Source: Microcystaceae cyanobacterium
Lineage (GTDB): Bacteria > Cyanobacteriota > Cyanobacteriia > Cyanobacteriales > Microcystaceae
Assembly: GCA_041746575.1 (NCBI GenBank)
Contig: JBGTGT010000123.1
Coordinates: forward strand, 1-64,000
Length of the DNA stretch: 64,000 bases
Reading direction: 5' to 3'
A program made the position numbers and the translations under genes. The notes beneath the pieces were generated by a model. It had not been told where the DNA came from and did no database searches. It saw only the letters and a list, made by a program, of their open reading frames with translations. Below, piece after piece: positions 41,904 to 52,368 of the stretch; within the stretch, counting starts at the first letter, position 1, and every line of letters starts with the position of its first letter.

Positions 41904-43382
41904 CTAAACCGTGGCAGGTTTAGGGTTCGGTTTGGGAATATCGATACAGGCGATCGCTGTTACGACTCGCTCCGCTAATTCAGGGCTGACATGGCGAAAT
42001 AGGTCAACCTGTCGCTCTTGAATGGGCTTCATACATTTACCTAAACTGCCGGCAATATTATGCACCAAACGGTCTTTTTCATCAGGCTGAAGCATCTCGT
42101 AAAACATCTGTGCTTGATCGTAATAATCTTCCTCATCGAGAGCAAGACGATCAGCCATTCCCTCCAAATGATAAGGGGGGTCTTTAGCCGTTTCGTCCGC
42201 CGTCGGATAAGGATGATGGGTCGGGTTATAATTAATGCGAGAGCCGTTATTGCTATCTACCCGCATCAGTCCATCCCGATAAGGTGTATTCGCCGTTGTG
42301 GCATGGGGTTGATTGACAGGAATTGTATCGTAATTTACCCCTAGGCGATAACGATGGGTATCTGCATAGGACATAATTCGCGCCTGTAGCATTCGATCAG
42401 GTGACCAAGAAACCCCCGGAACGACGTTGCCCGGCGAAAAAGCGGCCTGTTCGACCTCTGCAAAGTAATTTTCAGGATTACGATTGAGTTCCATTTGACC
42501 GACTTTCTGCAAAGGATAATCGCCGTGGGGCCAAATTTTAGTCAAATCGAAAGGATTCCAAGGGAAAGTTTGGGCTTGTTCATCGGTCATGGTTTGAATA
42601 TACATCGTCCATGAGGGATAATTGCCCTGATCAATGGCATTGTATAGGTCTTTGGTCGCCCAACGAGGTTCGATGCCTTGCATCTGCATCCATTCTGCTT
42701 CTGTGAAGTTTTTGATGCCTTGATCGGTTTTTAAATGAAATTTAACCCAAATTCGTTCATTGGCTTGGTTAATTAGACTAAAGGTGTGACTGCCATAACC
42801 ATTCATGTGTCGCCATCCCATCGGTGCGCCGCGATCGCCCATTAACCAAAGAACTTGATGGATACTTTCTGGAGATAAAGACCAAAAATCCCACCACATT
42901 TCATCCTGTCGCCAGTGTGCTTGAGGATGCTCTTTCTGAGAACGAATAAAGTCCATAAACTTCATCGGATCTCGCACAAAAAAGATCGGCGTGTCGTTGC
43001 CGACTAAATCCCAATTTCCGTCTTCGGTGTAAAATTTCATGGCAAACCCTCTGAGGTCACGATAGACGTCTGAACCCCCTTTAGACTTAGCAACGGTCGA
43101 AAAACGCACGAATACTTCCGTTTGTTTGCCTATTTGTGAAAATAATTTAGCTTTGGTGTATTGAGTAATATCATCAGTTACTGTAAACGTTCCATAAGCC
43201 CCCGAACCCAATGCGTGAACCACCCTTTCAGGAATTCGTTCGCGGTTAAAATGGGCCATTTTTTCAAGAAGAGTATAGTCTTCTAGGAGTAACGGTCCCC
43301 GTTTCCCCACCGACTTAGAAACCTCGTTACTAGGAACGGGAATTCCGGCGGCGTTGGTCAATGTTTCTTTTTGATTTTCCAC
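41904..43382 (-). CDS. Monofunctional small-subunit heme catalase
   Basis: FNRERIPERVVHA, RFSTV, GNWDLVGN, EQAAFSP, proximal Tyr in RIMSYADTHRYRLG. Confidence 0.95.
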   Translation of the reverse strand: MENQKETLTNAAGIPVPSNEVSKSVGKRGPLLLEDYTLLEKMAHFNRERIPERVVHALGSGAYGTFTVTDDITQYTKAKLFSQIGKQTEVFVRFSTVAKSKGGSDVYRDLRGFAMKFYTEDGNWDLVGNDTPIFFVRDPMKFMDFIRSQKEHPQAHWRQDEMWWDFWSLSPESIHQVLWLMGDRGAPMGWRHMNGYGSHTFSLINQANERIWVKFHLKTDQGIKNFTEAEWMQMQGIEPRWATKDLYNAIDQGNYPSWTMYIQTMTDEQAQTFPWNPFDLTKIWPHGDYPLQKVGQMELNRNPENYFAEVEQAAFSPGNVVPGVSWSPDRMLQARIMSYADTHRYRLGVNYDTIPVNQPHATTANTPYRDGLMRVDSNNGSRINYNPTHHPYPTADETAKDPPYHLEGMADRLALDEEDYYDQAQMFYEMLQPDEKDRLVHNIAGSLGKCMKPIQERQVDLFRHVSPELAERVVTAIACIDIPKPNPKPATV

Positions 43383-43793
43383 GCTCTAAAATCCTTTTTA
43401 TTGATTCGGGTTAAACGATTACTTTTTTTAGATTAATTCCTGTTTTTGGGGTTTACATCTAACTAAAGTTCAAGAGTATTGAATAAGATTAAGCGTTTTT
43501 GCTTAAGTCGATGGAGATAAAGCAATCTAACTTAGATAAGAATTTTAAGGCTCAAAACTTAAAACCTTGGGTAGAGATAAATTCAAACAAAAACCCTTAA
43601 TATCGAAAGGATATAGTGTTTTTTGACTATTGAATTAATAGGTAAACGGTCAAGTCTGGCCCCTTGTTAAATTAAAACCTGAAAGATTGAAATCCTATAT
43701 TATGAATTTTCACATGGGGTGTTATGAACGTTCAATGACTGAAGATTTTTGCTATTTTTTTAAACATCAAACATCATTTGCGCGATTACTTAA

Positions 43794-44690
43794 ATGAAAT
43801 CTAAACACCATTCGAGCAAAAAAATAGGGGATACCTGGCCACAAGAAGGTAAAGAATTAATGAGGGGCGCAGCAGGGGGGTTTTTATTTGGTGTTCCTTT
43901 GTTATACACTATGGAAGTTTGGTTTATTGGGTCTTATATTGAACCGCCTGTTCTGCTCGGAATTTTGATGATTACGTTTATTGTTATTTTTCTTCTCAAT
44001 CGAGTAGAAGGATTTCGTCCTCAAGAAAGTGCAACCCTATTGGGTGCCATAGCAGAAACCATTGAAACCCTTGCGATCGCTATTATTTGCGCCACGATGA
44101 TTTTAATCGTTTTACAGCGAATTCAATGGGGAGCACCGCTCAATGAAACCCTAGGTAAAGTCATTTTTGAAGCGGTTCCTTGTGCGATCGGGGTTGCCTT
44201 ATCCCACTCAATTCTCAGTGGAGAACCTGAAATAAAGCTAAACAATTCTTCGGCGGGAGATTCTTCTTCTAATCCCTCTCAAAAATTGATTTGGACGGAC
44301 ACTTTAGCTGATTTAAGTGCCACCTTAGTCGGCGTGATATTTGTTGCTTTTAGTATCGCCCCTACGGACGAAATTGACCTATTAGCTTCGGCGGCCACAG
44401 CTCCTTGGTTATTATTAATTATTTTTGCTTCTCTATTAATCACTTATGTCATCGTCTTTGCAGCAGGATTTACGAACCAAAGCAAACGTCGTCAACAGCA
44501 GGGAATTTTTCAAAAACCGCAAAGTGAAACCTTAGCTTATTATCTGATTTCTCTGTTTGCTTCCGCCTTAATGCTGTGGTTTTTTCAAAAACTATCTTTC
44601 CAAAATACTGGGTTAATGTGGTTACGTTACAGTATTGTTTTAAGTTTGCCCGCTAGCATCGGGGGCGCAGCAGGGCGGTTAGCCGTATGA
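43794..44690 (+). CDS. TIGR02587-type integral membrane protein
   Basis: GGFLFGVPLLYTMEVW, IAPTDE, ASIGGAAGRL. Confidence 0.85.
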   Translation: MKSKHHSSKKIGDTWPQEGKELMRGAAGGFLFGVPLLYTMEVWFIGSYIEPPVLLGILMITFIVIFLLNRVEGFRPQESATLLGAIAETIETLAIAIICATMILIVLQRIQWGAPLNETLGKVIFEAVPCAIGVALSHSILSGEPEIKLNNSSAGDSSSNPSQKLIWTDTLADLSATLVGVIFVAFSIAPTDEIDLLASAATAPWLLLIIFASLLITYVIVFAAGFTNQSKRRQQQGIFQKPQSETLAYYLISLFASALMLWFFQKLSFQNTGLMWLRYSIVLSLPASIGGAAGRLAV

Positions 44691-45085
44691 AAAAAACAGG
44701 GATTATGCCGGAGAGAACCTTAGCCGAAAAAGTCAGCTTTGCTATTTCCTTGATGATTTTAGGATTCATTTTAGCGGTATTGATTTATAGTTGGATGACA
44801 GGAGATAATCAGCCGCCCATTTTAACGGTTAAGATTGACGGTGAAATTTACCAAAAAAATCAGCAATTTTATGTCCCCTATGCTGTTACAAACACAGGCG
44901 GAAAAACGGCTGAATCTGTCGAAGTTAATGCTGAATTAAAGCTGAGTGAAGAAAACAGTGAAGCAGGCACGCAATCCATTAACTATTTATCAGCAGGAGA
45001 GAAGGAAACGGGAGCTTTTATTTTTAGCCATGATCCCGATTTGGGAAAACTACAAATACGAATTGCTAGCTTTAAGCTTCCCTAA
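44687..45085 (+). CDS. TIGR02588-type protein (coupled to the upstream gene by an ATGA overlap)
   Basis: AEKVSF.IS, FYVPY.V.N.GG.TAESV, F.FS.DP. Confidence 0.82.
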   Translation: MKKTGIMPERTLAEKVSFAISLMILGFILAVLIYSWMTGDNQPPILTVKIDGEIYQKNQQFYVPYAVTNTGGKTAESVEVNAELKLSEENSEAGTQSINYLSAGEKETGAFIFSHDPDLGKLQIRIASFKLP

Positions 45086-45128
45086 TTTAAAACAACTAAA
45101 AGTTAAAGGAATGACCCGACAGAAACCC

Positions 45129-45971
45129 CTAATATCGCTTCCTGTTACCGATAACTTTTTCCCTACCGTTCGACTCCTGCAAGAAGTCTAATGGTTGAAA
45201 ATTGAACATCCGATAACGGGCTTGAACAAATAAATAAATCGCATAAGCGATTAAACCAAAGGCAACGATCCCTAACAGTAATTTACCATAAGGTTGTTGG
45301 GCTAAACTCAACAATGCGCCATCGAGTCCTTTAACTTCCTCAGAATCTACTTGATGGGCGGCTCGCATCACAAAAAAGCCGATGATAATAAAGACAAATC
45401 CTCTAGCAGCGATGCCAAAACGACTAATATTCACGAGCCAAGTTTGCTGTTCAAAATCCAATTCACTGAGGTTTAATTTTTTACGAAACTTTATTTTATA
45501 AGCTTGATAAATTCGCCAAAAACCAATCCCAATAATCAACGCACCTACCAATCCGACTAGCCATCTGCCAAAGGGTTGCCCCATGACCATTGCTGTCCAA
45601 TCTTGCTTAGAATCTCCATTATTACCACCCCCTGAACCCACGGCTAATAAGGCGGCATTAAAAGCCACACCCGCATAGGCAAATCCACTCAACGCCGCAC
45701 CCAAGCGAGTCGCAATTCCTTTAAGGTCTGAGCCATGATGTTCAGGATCACCAATCGCTTCCGTCAAACGCCACAGCACATATCCGACTAATCCGATCGC
45801 AATTAAAATCAGTATGATACTGCCCAAAGGTCGGGCTGCAATCGCTTGTAACGCCCCAGTTGTATCAGTGGTTTGACCCCCCAAATTAAAGGCCGCTAAT
45901 ACGGCTAAAATTCCGATCAGGGCGTACACCACTCCTTTGGCTACGTAGCCAAATCTTGCAAAGGTTTCCAT
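45129..45971 (-). CDS. DUF1206 membrane protein
   Basis: ARFGYVAKGVVY, repeated QPFG/QPYG..L units, GLDGAL. Confidence 0.85.
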   Translation of the reverse strand: METFARFGYVAKGVVYALIGILAVLAAFNLGGQTTDTTGALQAIAARPLGSIILILIAIGLVGYVLWRLTEAIGDPEHHGSDLKGIATRLGAALSGFAYAGVAFNAALLAVGSGGGNNGDSKQDWTAMVMGQPFGRWLVGLVGALIIGIGFWRIYQAYKIKFRKKLNLSELDFEQQTWLVNISRFGIAARGFVFIIIGFFVMRAAHQVDSEEVKGLDGALLSLAQQPYGKLLLGIVAFGLIAYAIYLFVQARYRMFNFQPLDFLQESNGREKVIGNRKRY

Positions 45972-46337
45972 TGTTTTATTGTTTAATTTTTTAAATGATC
46001 TTGCATGCCAAAGGTTTCACGCTTTGACTAAGCATATCTTAGTTATTCTAAAGAAAAATAGCCTCTATCTTTTTAAGCAATTTCCTTTACTTCTGATGAT
46101 AGATTCTGCCCCATTTGATCTGATCATTTTGGAGGGGAAAAAGATATCTACAACGACTGAACAACTAGAGGAGAGTAACTTAATATTTCTATATAATGGT
46201 AACTGATCGCCTGACTTCAATACGTATTAATAATATTGGGGGGAGATTATTTTTCCTTCTGTAGTCAGAGGTGAGAAGAAGACTAATCGGATTAAAATAT
46301 TAGGTGACATTAAAACTTAAATTAAAAAGCAATCACC

Positions 46338-46499
46338 ATGGATATTATTCGTCTAATTTGTGCTGTTTTCTTGCCCCCTCTGGGTGTTTTTTTGCAAACC
46401 GGACTGAGTGGACAATTCTTCTTGAACATCCTATTGACTTTATTAGGGTATGTTCCGGGCATCATCCACGCTGTTTGGATTATTACCACTCGAAAATAG
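46338..46499 (+). CDS. YqaE/Pmp3 (UPF0057) proteolipid, 53 aa (not in ORF track)
   Basis: MDIIRLICAVFLPPLGVFLQTGLSGQFFLNILLTLLGYVPGIIHAVWIITTRK*. Confidence 0.93.
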   Translation: MDIIRLICAVFLPPLGVFLQTGLSGQFFLNILLTLLGYVPGIIHAVWIITTRK

Positions 46500-46715
46500 G
46501 CTGATACAATCAATCAGCAAATTGCTGAGAAAAAGCGGCAGAGAAAAAATTTAAAATAAAATTAAAAATAGCGCAGGTTAGTTATTCACGGCATAATCGC
46601 TTAAGCTTAAAATCACTCTTTTGAGATAAAGCATTTCACAGCTTGAGGTAGATAAATTTTATTTTTCTTTGTGGCTTTAATTAAGAACACGCCTAATCAA
46701 AGCTATTTTTTCACA

Positions 46716-48242
46716 ATGAATACTTCAACTGAAATTAACCCCTCTTTTTGGATTCAATCCACGCCTCAAACCCATTTTCCGCTCCTCGATGGTGAGATCA
46801 CGGTAGATGTTGCGATTGTTGGCGGCGGCATCGCCGGATTAACTGCTGCTTATTTACTCAGCCGAGCGGGAAAAACCGTTGCTGTGGTGGAAGCGAAACA
46901 AATCGTCACGGGAGTCAGTGGTCATACCACCGCTAAAGTGACAGCATTACATCAACTTATTTATGCAGATTTAATCGACCAATGGGGGGAAGAGAAAGCC
47001 CGACTTTATGGGGAATCCAATTTGTCTGCCCTAGAAAAAGTGGCTGAAATTGTTGAAAGAGAACAGATAGATTGCGATTTTCGTCGTTTACCTGCCTATA
47101 CCTTCGCGCTACCCCATAATGATCTGAGCAAAGTTGAGGCAGAAGTCAAAGCCGCCCTTAAATGTGGTCTTCCTGCCTCTTTTGTCACCGACACGCCATT
47201 GCCCTTTACGACGCCGGGGGCTATTAAGGTAGAAAATCAAGCCCAATTTCATGTACGCAAGTATTTATTACATTTAGCAAATCTTGTTGTCAGTAATGGG
47301 GGTCATATTTTTGAACAATCCTCCGTAAAGACGGTAGAAGAAGGGCAACCCCACCGCGTTATCAGTTCGCAAGGCACCGTTAATGCTAAAACCGTCATTG
47401 TAACAACGAACTTACCCATTCTTGATCAAGGTCTCTTTTTTGCCAAAACCTATCCGAAGCGTTCTTATATTGTTGGGGCAACTATTGACCCAGCGGACGC
47501 ACCAGAAGGGGTATTTATTGGTTATGGTAAAGAATATCAATCCATTCGCACCACACCCGATGGAGATGAGCTATTGCTCCTTATCGGCGGACAAGGGCAT
47601 AAAGTCGGCACAAAAACCGATACTGAAACCTGTTATCAGAGTTTAGAAAATTATGCCACCACCCATTTTCCGATTAAAACCCTTAAATATCGCTGGTCTA
47701 CTCAAGATATGGTGTCCTTCGATAAAGTTCCCTATATCGGCAAGTTAACCCCTATCAGTCAAAATATTTATGTTGCTACTGGTTTTAGTTTGTGGGGCAT
47801 GACCAACGGCACGTTATCAGGCATGATTTTATCAGATCTTATTTTGGATCAAGACAATCCTTGGATCTCCCTCTATGATGCCACTCGCGCCACCTCCTTT
47901 GTGACCTCAGAATCCATCAAACAAAACCTAGATGTCGGAAAACATTGGTTTGGCGATCGCTTTAAAGATCTTTTTACCTCAGATTACGAAGATTTAAAAC
48001 CAGACCAAGGAAAAGTCATTACTCGTAATAATGAAAAAATAGCTGTCTATAAGGATTCTCAAGGGAATTTACAGGAAATGTCTGCAGTATGTCCCCATTT
48101 GGGTTGTATTGTTAACTGGAACAATGCCGAACAAAGTTGGGATTGCCCTTGTCATGGGGCGCGTTTTAGCTGTGAAGGCAAAGTCCTCCGTGCGCCTGCC
48201 ACTCAGGATTTAGAACACAAAGAACTATCGGTTAAGGGTTAA
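46716..48242 (+). CDS. FAD-dependent oxidoreductase with C-terminal Rieske [2Fe-2S] domain (YhfW-like)
   Basis: VGGGIAG, GVSGHTTAK, GFSLWGMTNG, CPHLGC...WDCPCHG; ATG at 46716 preferred. Confidence 0.9.
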   Translation: MNTSTEINPSFWIQSTPQTHFPLLDGEITVDVAIVGGGIAGLTAAYLLSRAGKTVAVVEAKQIVTGVSGHTTAKVTALHQLIYADLIDQWGEEKARLYGESNLSALEKVAEIVEREQIDCDFRRLPAYTFALPHNDLSKVEAEVKAALKCGLPASFVTDTPLPFTTPGAIKVENQAQFHVRKYLLHLANLVVSNGGHIFEQSSVKTVEEGQPHRVISSQGTVNAKTVIVTTNLPILDQGLFFAKTYPKRSYIVGATIDPADAPEGVFIGYGKEYQSIRTTPDGDELLLLIGGQGHKVGTKTDTETCYQSLENYATTHFPIKTLKYRWSTQDMVSFDKVPYIGKLTPISQNIYVATGFSLWGMTNGTLSGMILSDLILDQDNPWISLYDATRATSFVTSESIKQNLDVGKHWFGDRFKDLFTSDYEDLKPDQGKVITRNNEKIAVYKDSQGNLQEMSAVCPHLGCIVNWNNAEQSWDCPCHGARFSCEGKVLRAPATQDLEHKELSVKG

Positions 48243-48316
48243 GTAAGGTCAGTAAAGGATCACGAAAAGAGGAAAGCAAAGACTATAAGAGCCCAATTTC
48301 CTCTTTTTCTTCTCTT

Positions 48317-50389
48317 TTAAAGTAACATCAATAAAGGCCCAGTTTGCTCTGTACCCCTGACATTTAGGTCACTGTGACAGAAAATTAGTTTTTCTTCTAC
48401 TCTCGCTAAAAGATCCTCGAGAAGACGGCTCAAACGCGCTTTATCCGCTTCCACTTCATCTTCAAGAGAAATCGGTCGTCCAGACCAATCTTTAAGGAAA
48501 ATCGGCGCACCTAAGAGGACGGCAGACCCCCCTTTTTCCCAAAGCGGTGAGGCAATATCTAGCCAAAAATGCCATTTATGAGAACGTCGCAGAGAACGAT
48601 ACTGAAAAATCGTTGCTAAGGTCACAGCCTCCTCTTTTTGACCAAAAGATTGAACAGGGCGGGGATTAGCGGTAATTGTGCCACGTTTTAGCAACTGCAA
48701 AAATTCTTTGAGGTTCATTTGCACAAAATCAGCTTTTTTTTGATACAATTGAACTCTTTTGCTGATTTCCCAATAATGCTGGCACGTTTCCATCAATTCT
48801 CGCAAGGCAGAGGCTTGATCATAGGAGAGAGAGGAATTAAAATCGATCAGTTCATTCATTGCCCCGTGTAAAACCATCAAAGGACTAGGGGACGGTTGTT
48901 GAGAAATTTTCGCTTGTGTTTCTTCAATCCATTGACAAATTCTTCGATAGGCTTCCGTTGCTCGATATCCCAAGCGATCTCGACGAGAAAAGGACTCAAG
49001 GGGTAATAAACGAGGATTTTCAGGATCAATATGATAGCAATAATCCACTATTAAACCGGCACGAACGGGGTCAATATCGGGAATTAAACGTTTTCCTATA
49101 AAATTTTGCTCTATTATGGCTTTTTGGCTTAAAATAACTAGCATTTCTGCCACTTCGTCTTTTAGAACCCATCTTCCTAAACCAGAATAGACTAAACCCA
49201 GTAAGGTTAATAAGGCACGCACGAGAGGAGAACTGATGAGAGGACGTTGTTCGTTTAACGCCGTAATGGCAATCCCTGACGCTGCAATAATCTCCATAAG
49301 ACTATATCGGGCAATTTCATCTAAACCGGGGGAAATAATGGCAATTTCTTCGGGTTTTATTTGCTTCTTTTCTACCGCTTCAATAATATAGGCGGCCGTT
49401 TGCCGTAATAATTCTGACCGTAAAGGGGTTTGAAGGGACTGAACAAAAGGGGGCAAAGAAACGATATTAAGCGGATTGAGGGCTAAAGGAACGATAATAT
49501 CAACCAATTCTCTGGCCAGTCCTCCTGTTGCTTCTAACTGGATTATTTCACAGCGATTAGCTAATTGGGAAACCGCCGTGGCATCTGCTCCCAATCCTAA
49601 GCGAATTTGACCCTGCGGATTAAAGGTAAAAACGCCATTAGCTCCAGTATTTAAGAGTAAATTTGCTAATTGAACAAAAATAGCCGGATAATCGTCTAAA
49701 TCATCTGCAAAAATCCCTTGATAACGTTCTTGAAGATAACGTTGATACTTCACATCGGGCAGTAAATCGCGCCAGTAGAGGGTATAAATCAAGCCGTAAC
49801 TTAATAATCCTCTCTCTAAACACCAGTTTTGCCACTCAATAATTAATTTACCCCGTAAAGCAATGATTTCCTCTGTTTCTGCTCCTAAACCCACTTCTGG
49901 CAAGCCTTCTCTGAGTAATACGGGAATCTCCTCAACGGGCAGGCCACTTGTCCCCGCTAGTTGCAGTAAATCCAAGGTTTGACGAACAAAACGAGATTTG
50001 CTTACTTCATTTAAGCTTAACCAGTCTTTTTCAAGGGAAGGCCGCCATAACTGAGTTGCTAAGTCTTGTTCCGTTTCAGGGCGCAATCTGAGGGGAAATT
50101 GGGCATTCAGTCCGAGCTTTTCAAATAAAATTGGCCAAAATAAGCTTATTTCTTCTGAAATAAAGCCCAAGAACGTTTTACAAAGAATGGGATAACGACC
50201 TCCCACAGCGATCGCTAGTTTATCGGCTAAAACCTTTCTATTATCATCATTTGCGGCAAAAACAAGGCTTTGTGGCATTAATTTCTGTTTTTTTTCATTT
50301 TTTTCTAGCCAATCACAAAATTTCTTCTGTAGTCTTGTCGTTTTGCCACTGCGACTGCTCCCTTGAATCCATTGTGCTGTCTCGCTCAC
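48317..50389 (-). CDS. Cyanobacterial protein with degenerate UvrD/SF1-helicase-like fold
   Basis: P-loop-like GSSRSGKTT, FADDLDDY at the motif II position, EEIAIISP. Confidence 0.6.
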   Translation of the reverse strand: MSETAQWIQGSSRSGKTTRLQKKFCDWLEKNEKKQKLMPQSLVFAANDDNRKVLADKLAIAVGGRYPILCKTFLGFISEEISLFWPILFEKLGLNAQFPLRLRPETEQDLATQLWRPSLEKDWLSLNEVSKSRFVRQTLDLLQLAGTSGLPVEEIPVLLREGLPEVGLGAETEEIIALRGKLIIEWQNWCLERGLLSYGLIYTLYWRDLLPDVKYQRYLQERYQGIFADDLDDYPAIFVQLANLLLNTGANGVFTFNPQGQIRLGLGADATAVSQLANRCEIIQLEATGGLARELVDIIVPLALNPLNIVSLPPFVQSLQTPLRSELLRQTAAYIIEAVEKKQIKPEEIAIISPGLDEIARYSLMEIIAASGIAITALNEQRPLISSPLVRALLTLLGLVYSGLGRWVLKDEVAEMLVILSQKAIIEQNFIGKRLIPDIDPVRAGLIVDYCYHIDPENPRLLPLESFSRRDRLGYRATEAYRRICQWIEETQAKISQQPSPSPLMVLHGAMNELIDFNSSLSYDQASALRELMETCQHYWEISKRVQLYQKKADFVQMNLKEFLQLLKRGTITANPRPVQSFGQKEEAVTLATIFQYRSLRRSHKWHFWLDIASPLWEKGGSAVLLGAPIFLKDWSGRPISLEDEVEADKARLSRLLEDLLARVEEKLIFCHSDLNVRGTEQTGPLLMLL

Positions 50390-50509
50390 AGATTGTCCTC
50401 GCTTAACTTTGCTAATATATTCCCTACAATAGTAGAAAAGATCGAGTCAGTAAGAGGAAATAGGGCATTTAGCCCGTTGATTTGAATTTTTGTTATTCAC
50501 TTAAACACC

Positions 50510-51811
50510 ATGAAAATGCCTTCACTTTTTAAAGCGGTTACCCAATGGGTTTCAGAAACACCCGAAAGAGCCTTAGATAAAGCTTATCGCGCCGCCTGTA
50601 AAATCAAAGAAATTGAAGATAAACATTTTCAAGGTAAACCGGCTTTTCCCGAAAATTCAGCCTTTGGAGAAAGTTTAACTGCCTCTTTGATTTCGGAAGT
50701 CAATGGACATTTAAAAGCGATTGAAATGCGGATAGGAATGTTTAAAACCAGTCGCTATTTTTTGAATTTATATGATCCCGATAAAGTACCAAAACAAGAA
50801 CTAGCAGATTCTTCTGGCGTTGAATCATTAATGTTAGAAAAGTTAAAAATTATTGATCAGGTTACGGCGCGTTATCATCGTCAAGTCGTTTTTGAAAATA
50901 ACAATTCATCTGCAATTAAGCCCCTAACTCAACCTGAAAGTTTAACCGTTAGAAAAGAACCTCGTCCTGAAGCAAAAGATCCTAATCGAAAACTAGAAAC
51001 TGCTACTCAGAAAACGGGGGTTTTACCTCGTTCTTTCCTGAAAACAATTAATAAAATTAAGCAAGAAATTGATCCCAATTCAGTTGATACTGAAGAAGAA
51101 GTTATTAAAAAGTATCGCACTTCCCGTTATAAAACGGCTATTTCAATTAAATTTATTCTTTTTCTTATTATTGTTCCCTTGCTTACCCATCAACTGACGA
51201 AAACTTTTTTATTAACTCCCCTTGTAAGAAATTATTTTTCTTACCACGAACAGATTGTTTTTATTAATCAAGATTTAGAAGAAGAAGCCTTTACAGAACT
51301 CAAGCATTTTGAAGAACATTTACGGTTTCAAACTTTATTAGGAATTGCCCCTACATTAAGTGAAGAAGAAATTGAAGAAAAGCTAAGAGAGGAAGCGCAG
51401 GAAGTTTCAGAGCGATTCCGCCGACGAGGAGTTAATGCTTTTGCGAATATTTTTGCAGATATTTTTTCTTTAGTTGCTTTTGGGGTTGTTATTGCTATAA
51501 GTCGTGAGGAAATCGAAACGGTGAAAGGATTCTTAGACGAAACGCTCTATAGTTTAAGTGATTCTGCAAAAGCGTTTTTAATTATTCTGTTTACGGATAT
51601 GTTTGTCGGTTTCCACTCTCCCCACGGCTGGGAAGTGATCTTAGAAGGGATGGCGCATCATTTTGGACTTCCTGAAAACCGAGAGTTTAATTTTTTGTTT
51701 ATTGCGACTTTTCCCGTCATTTTAGACACGGTGTTAAAGTATTGGATTTTCCGTTACTTAAATCGTATTTCTCCTTCTGCTGTTGCCACTTATAAAAATA
51801 TGAATGAATAA
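50510..51811 (+). CDS. pxcA: Proton extrusion protein (CemA family)
   Basis: TPERALD.AY.AA, LSDSAKAFLIILFTDMFVGFHSPHGWE, ISPSAVATY..MNE. Confidence 0.93.
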   Translation: MKMPSLFKAVTQWVSETPERALDKAYRAACKIKEIEDKHFQGKPAFPENSAFGESLTASLISEVNGHLKAIEMRIGMFKTSRYFLNLYDPDKVPKQELADSSGVESLMLEKLKIIDQVTARYHRQVVFENNNSSAIKPLTQPESLTVRKEPRPEAKDPNRKLETATQKTGVLPRSFLKTINKIKQEIDPNSVDTEEEVIKKYRTSRYKTAISIKFILFLIIVPLLTHQLTKTFLLTPLVRNYFSYHEQIVFINQDLEEEAFTELKHFEEHLRFQTLLGIAPTLSEEEIEEKLREEAQEVSERFRRRGVNAFANIFADIFSLVAFGVVIAISREEIETVKGFLDETLYSLSDSAKAFLIILFTDMFVGFHSPHGWEVILEGMAHHFGLPENREFNFLFIATFPVILDTVLKYWIFRYLNRISPSAVATYKNMNE

Positions 51812-52023
51812 TATATCCTCTCATTTTAGAGACGTTTTATGAAGATAGAGATAAGGCAACAATAACAAAATTGAAGATTGAATCAGGAGGAAAGCTCAGA
51901 TATTCCGCTCATCAAACACTTATCTTAATTTTTTATTAAATTTTCTTGAATTCTTATTTTTTTTTGTTACGTTAAATAGGCTATTGATTCATATCATTAA
52001 TGTAAATACGGAGATTAGAAGCA

Positions 52024-52119
52024 ATGACCACCGACCAACTGCTGTTATTAGCGGGTTTATTACTGCCTGGCCTTTTGCTTTCTGCTTTAGTAATGGGAAG
52101 TTTTGCTAAGGGTGGTTAA
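52024..52119 (+). CDS. Putative 31-aa single-TM small protein (not in ORF track)
   Basis: MTTDQLLLLAGLLLPGLLLSALVMGSFAKGG*, with GGAG ~10 nt upstream. Confidence 0.65.
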   Translation: MTTDQLLLLAGLLLPGLLLSALVMGSFAKGG

Positions 52120-52368
52120 GCTTGAAAGGATGGCTTGAAGCAAATGCTTTGTCAAGAAAGTTTTAGGCGATATTACGTTGAAAATTGTCTTTTTATCCTG
52201 ACCATTTCCCTTTCATGTAGATTCAGTCCAATGAAAGTTTAAGAGAATGTAACCCCCGAATGGGTTATAATCAAAGATTGGGGATTTAACGCTAATGCAC
52301 CTAGTGAGATCGTCTCCCTAAGTTTATTTAGATCCTTCTTTTTGAGTCGTTTACCGTCAAAATATCAG

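Noticed and set aside
46304..46513. ORF-track calls 46304-46504 (+) and 46322-46513 (-)
   Set aside because: Wrong frames; the real gene is the Pmp3-family ORF at 46338-46499
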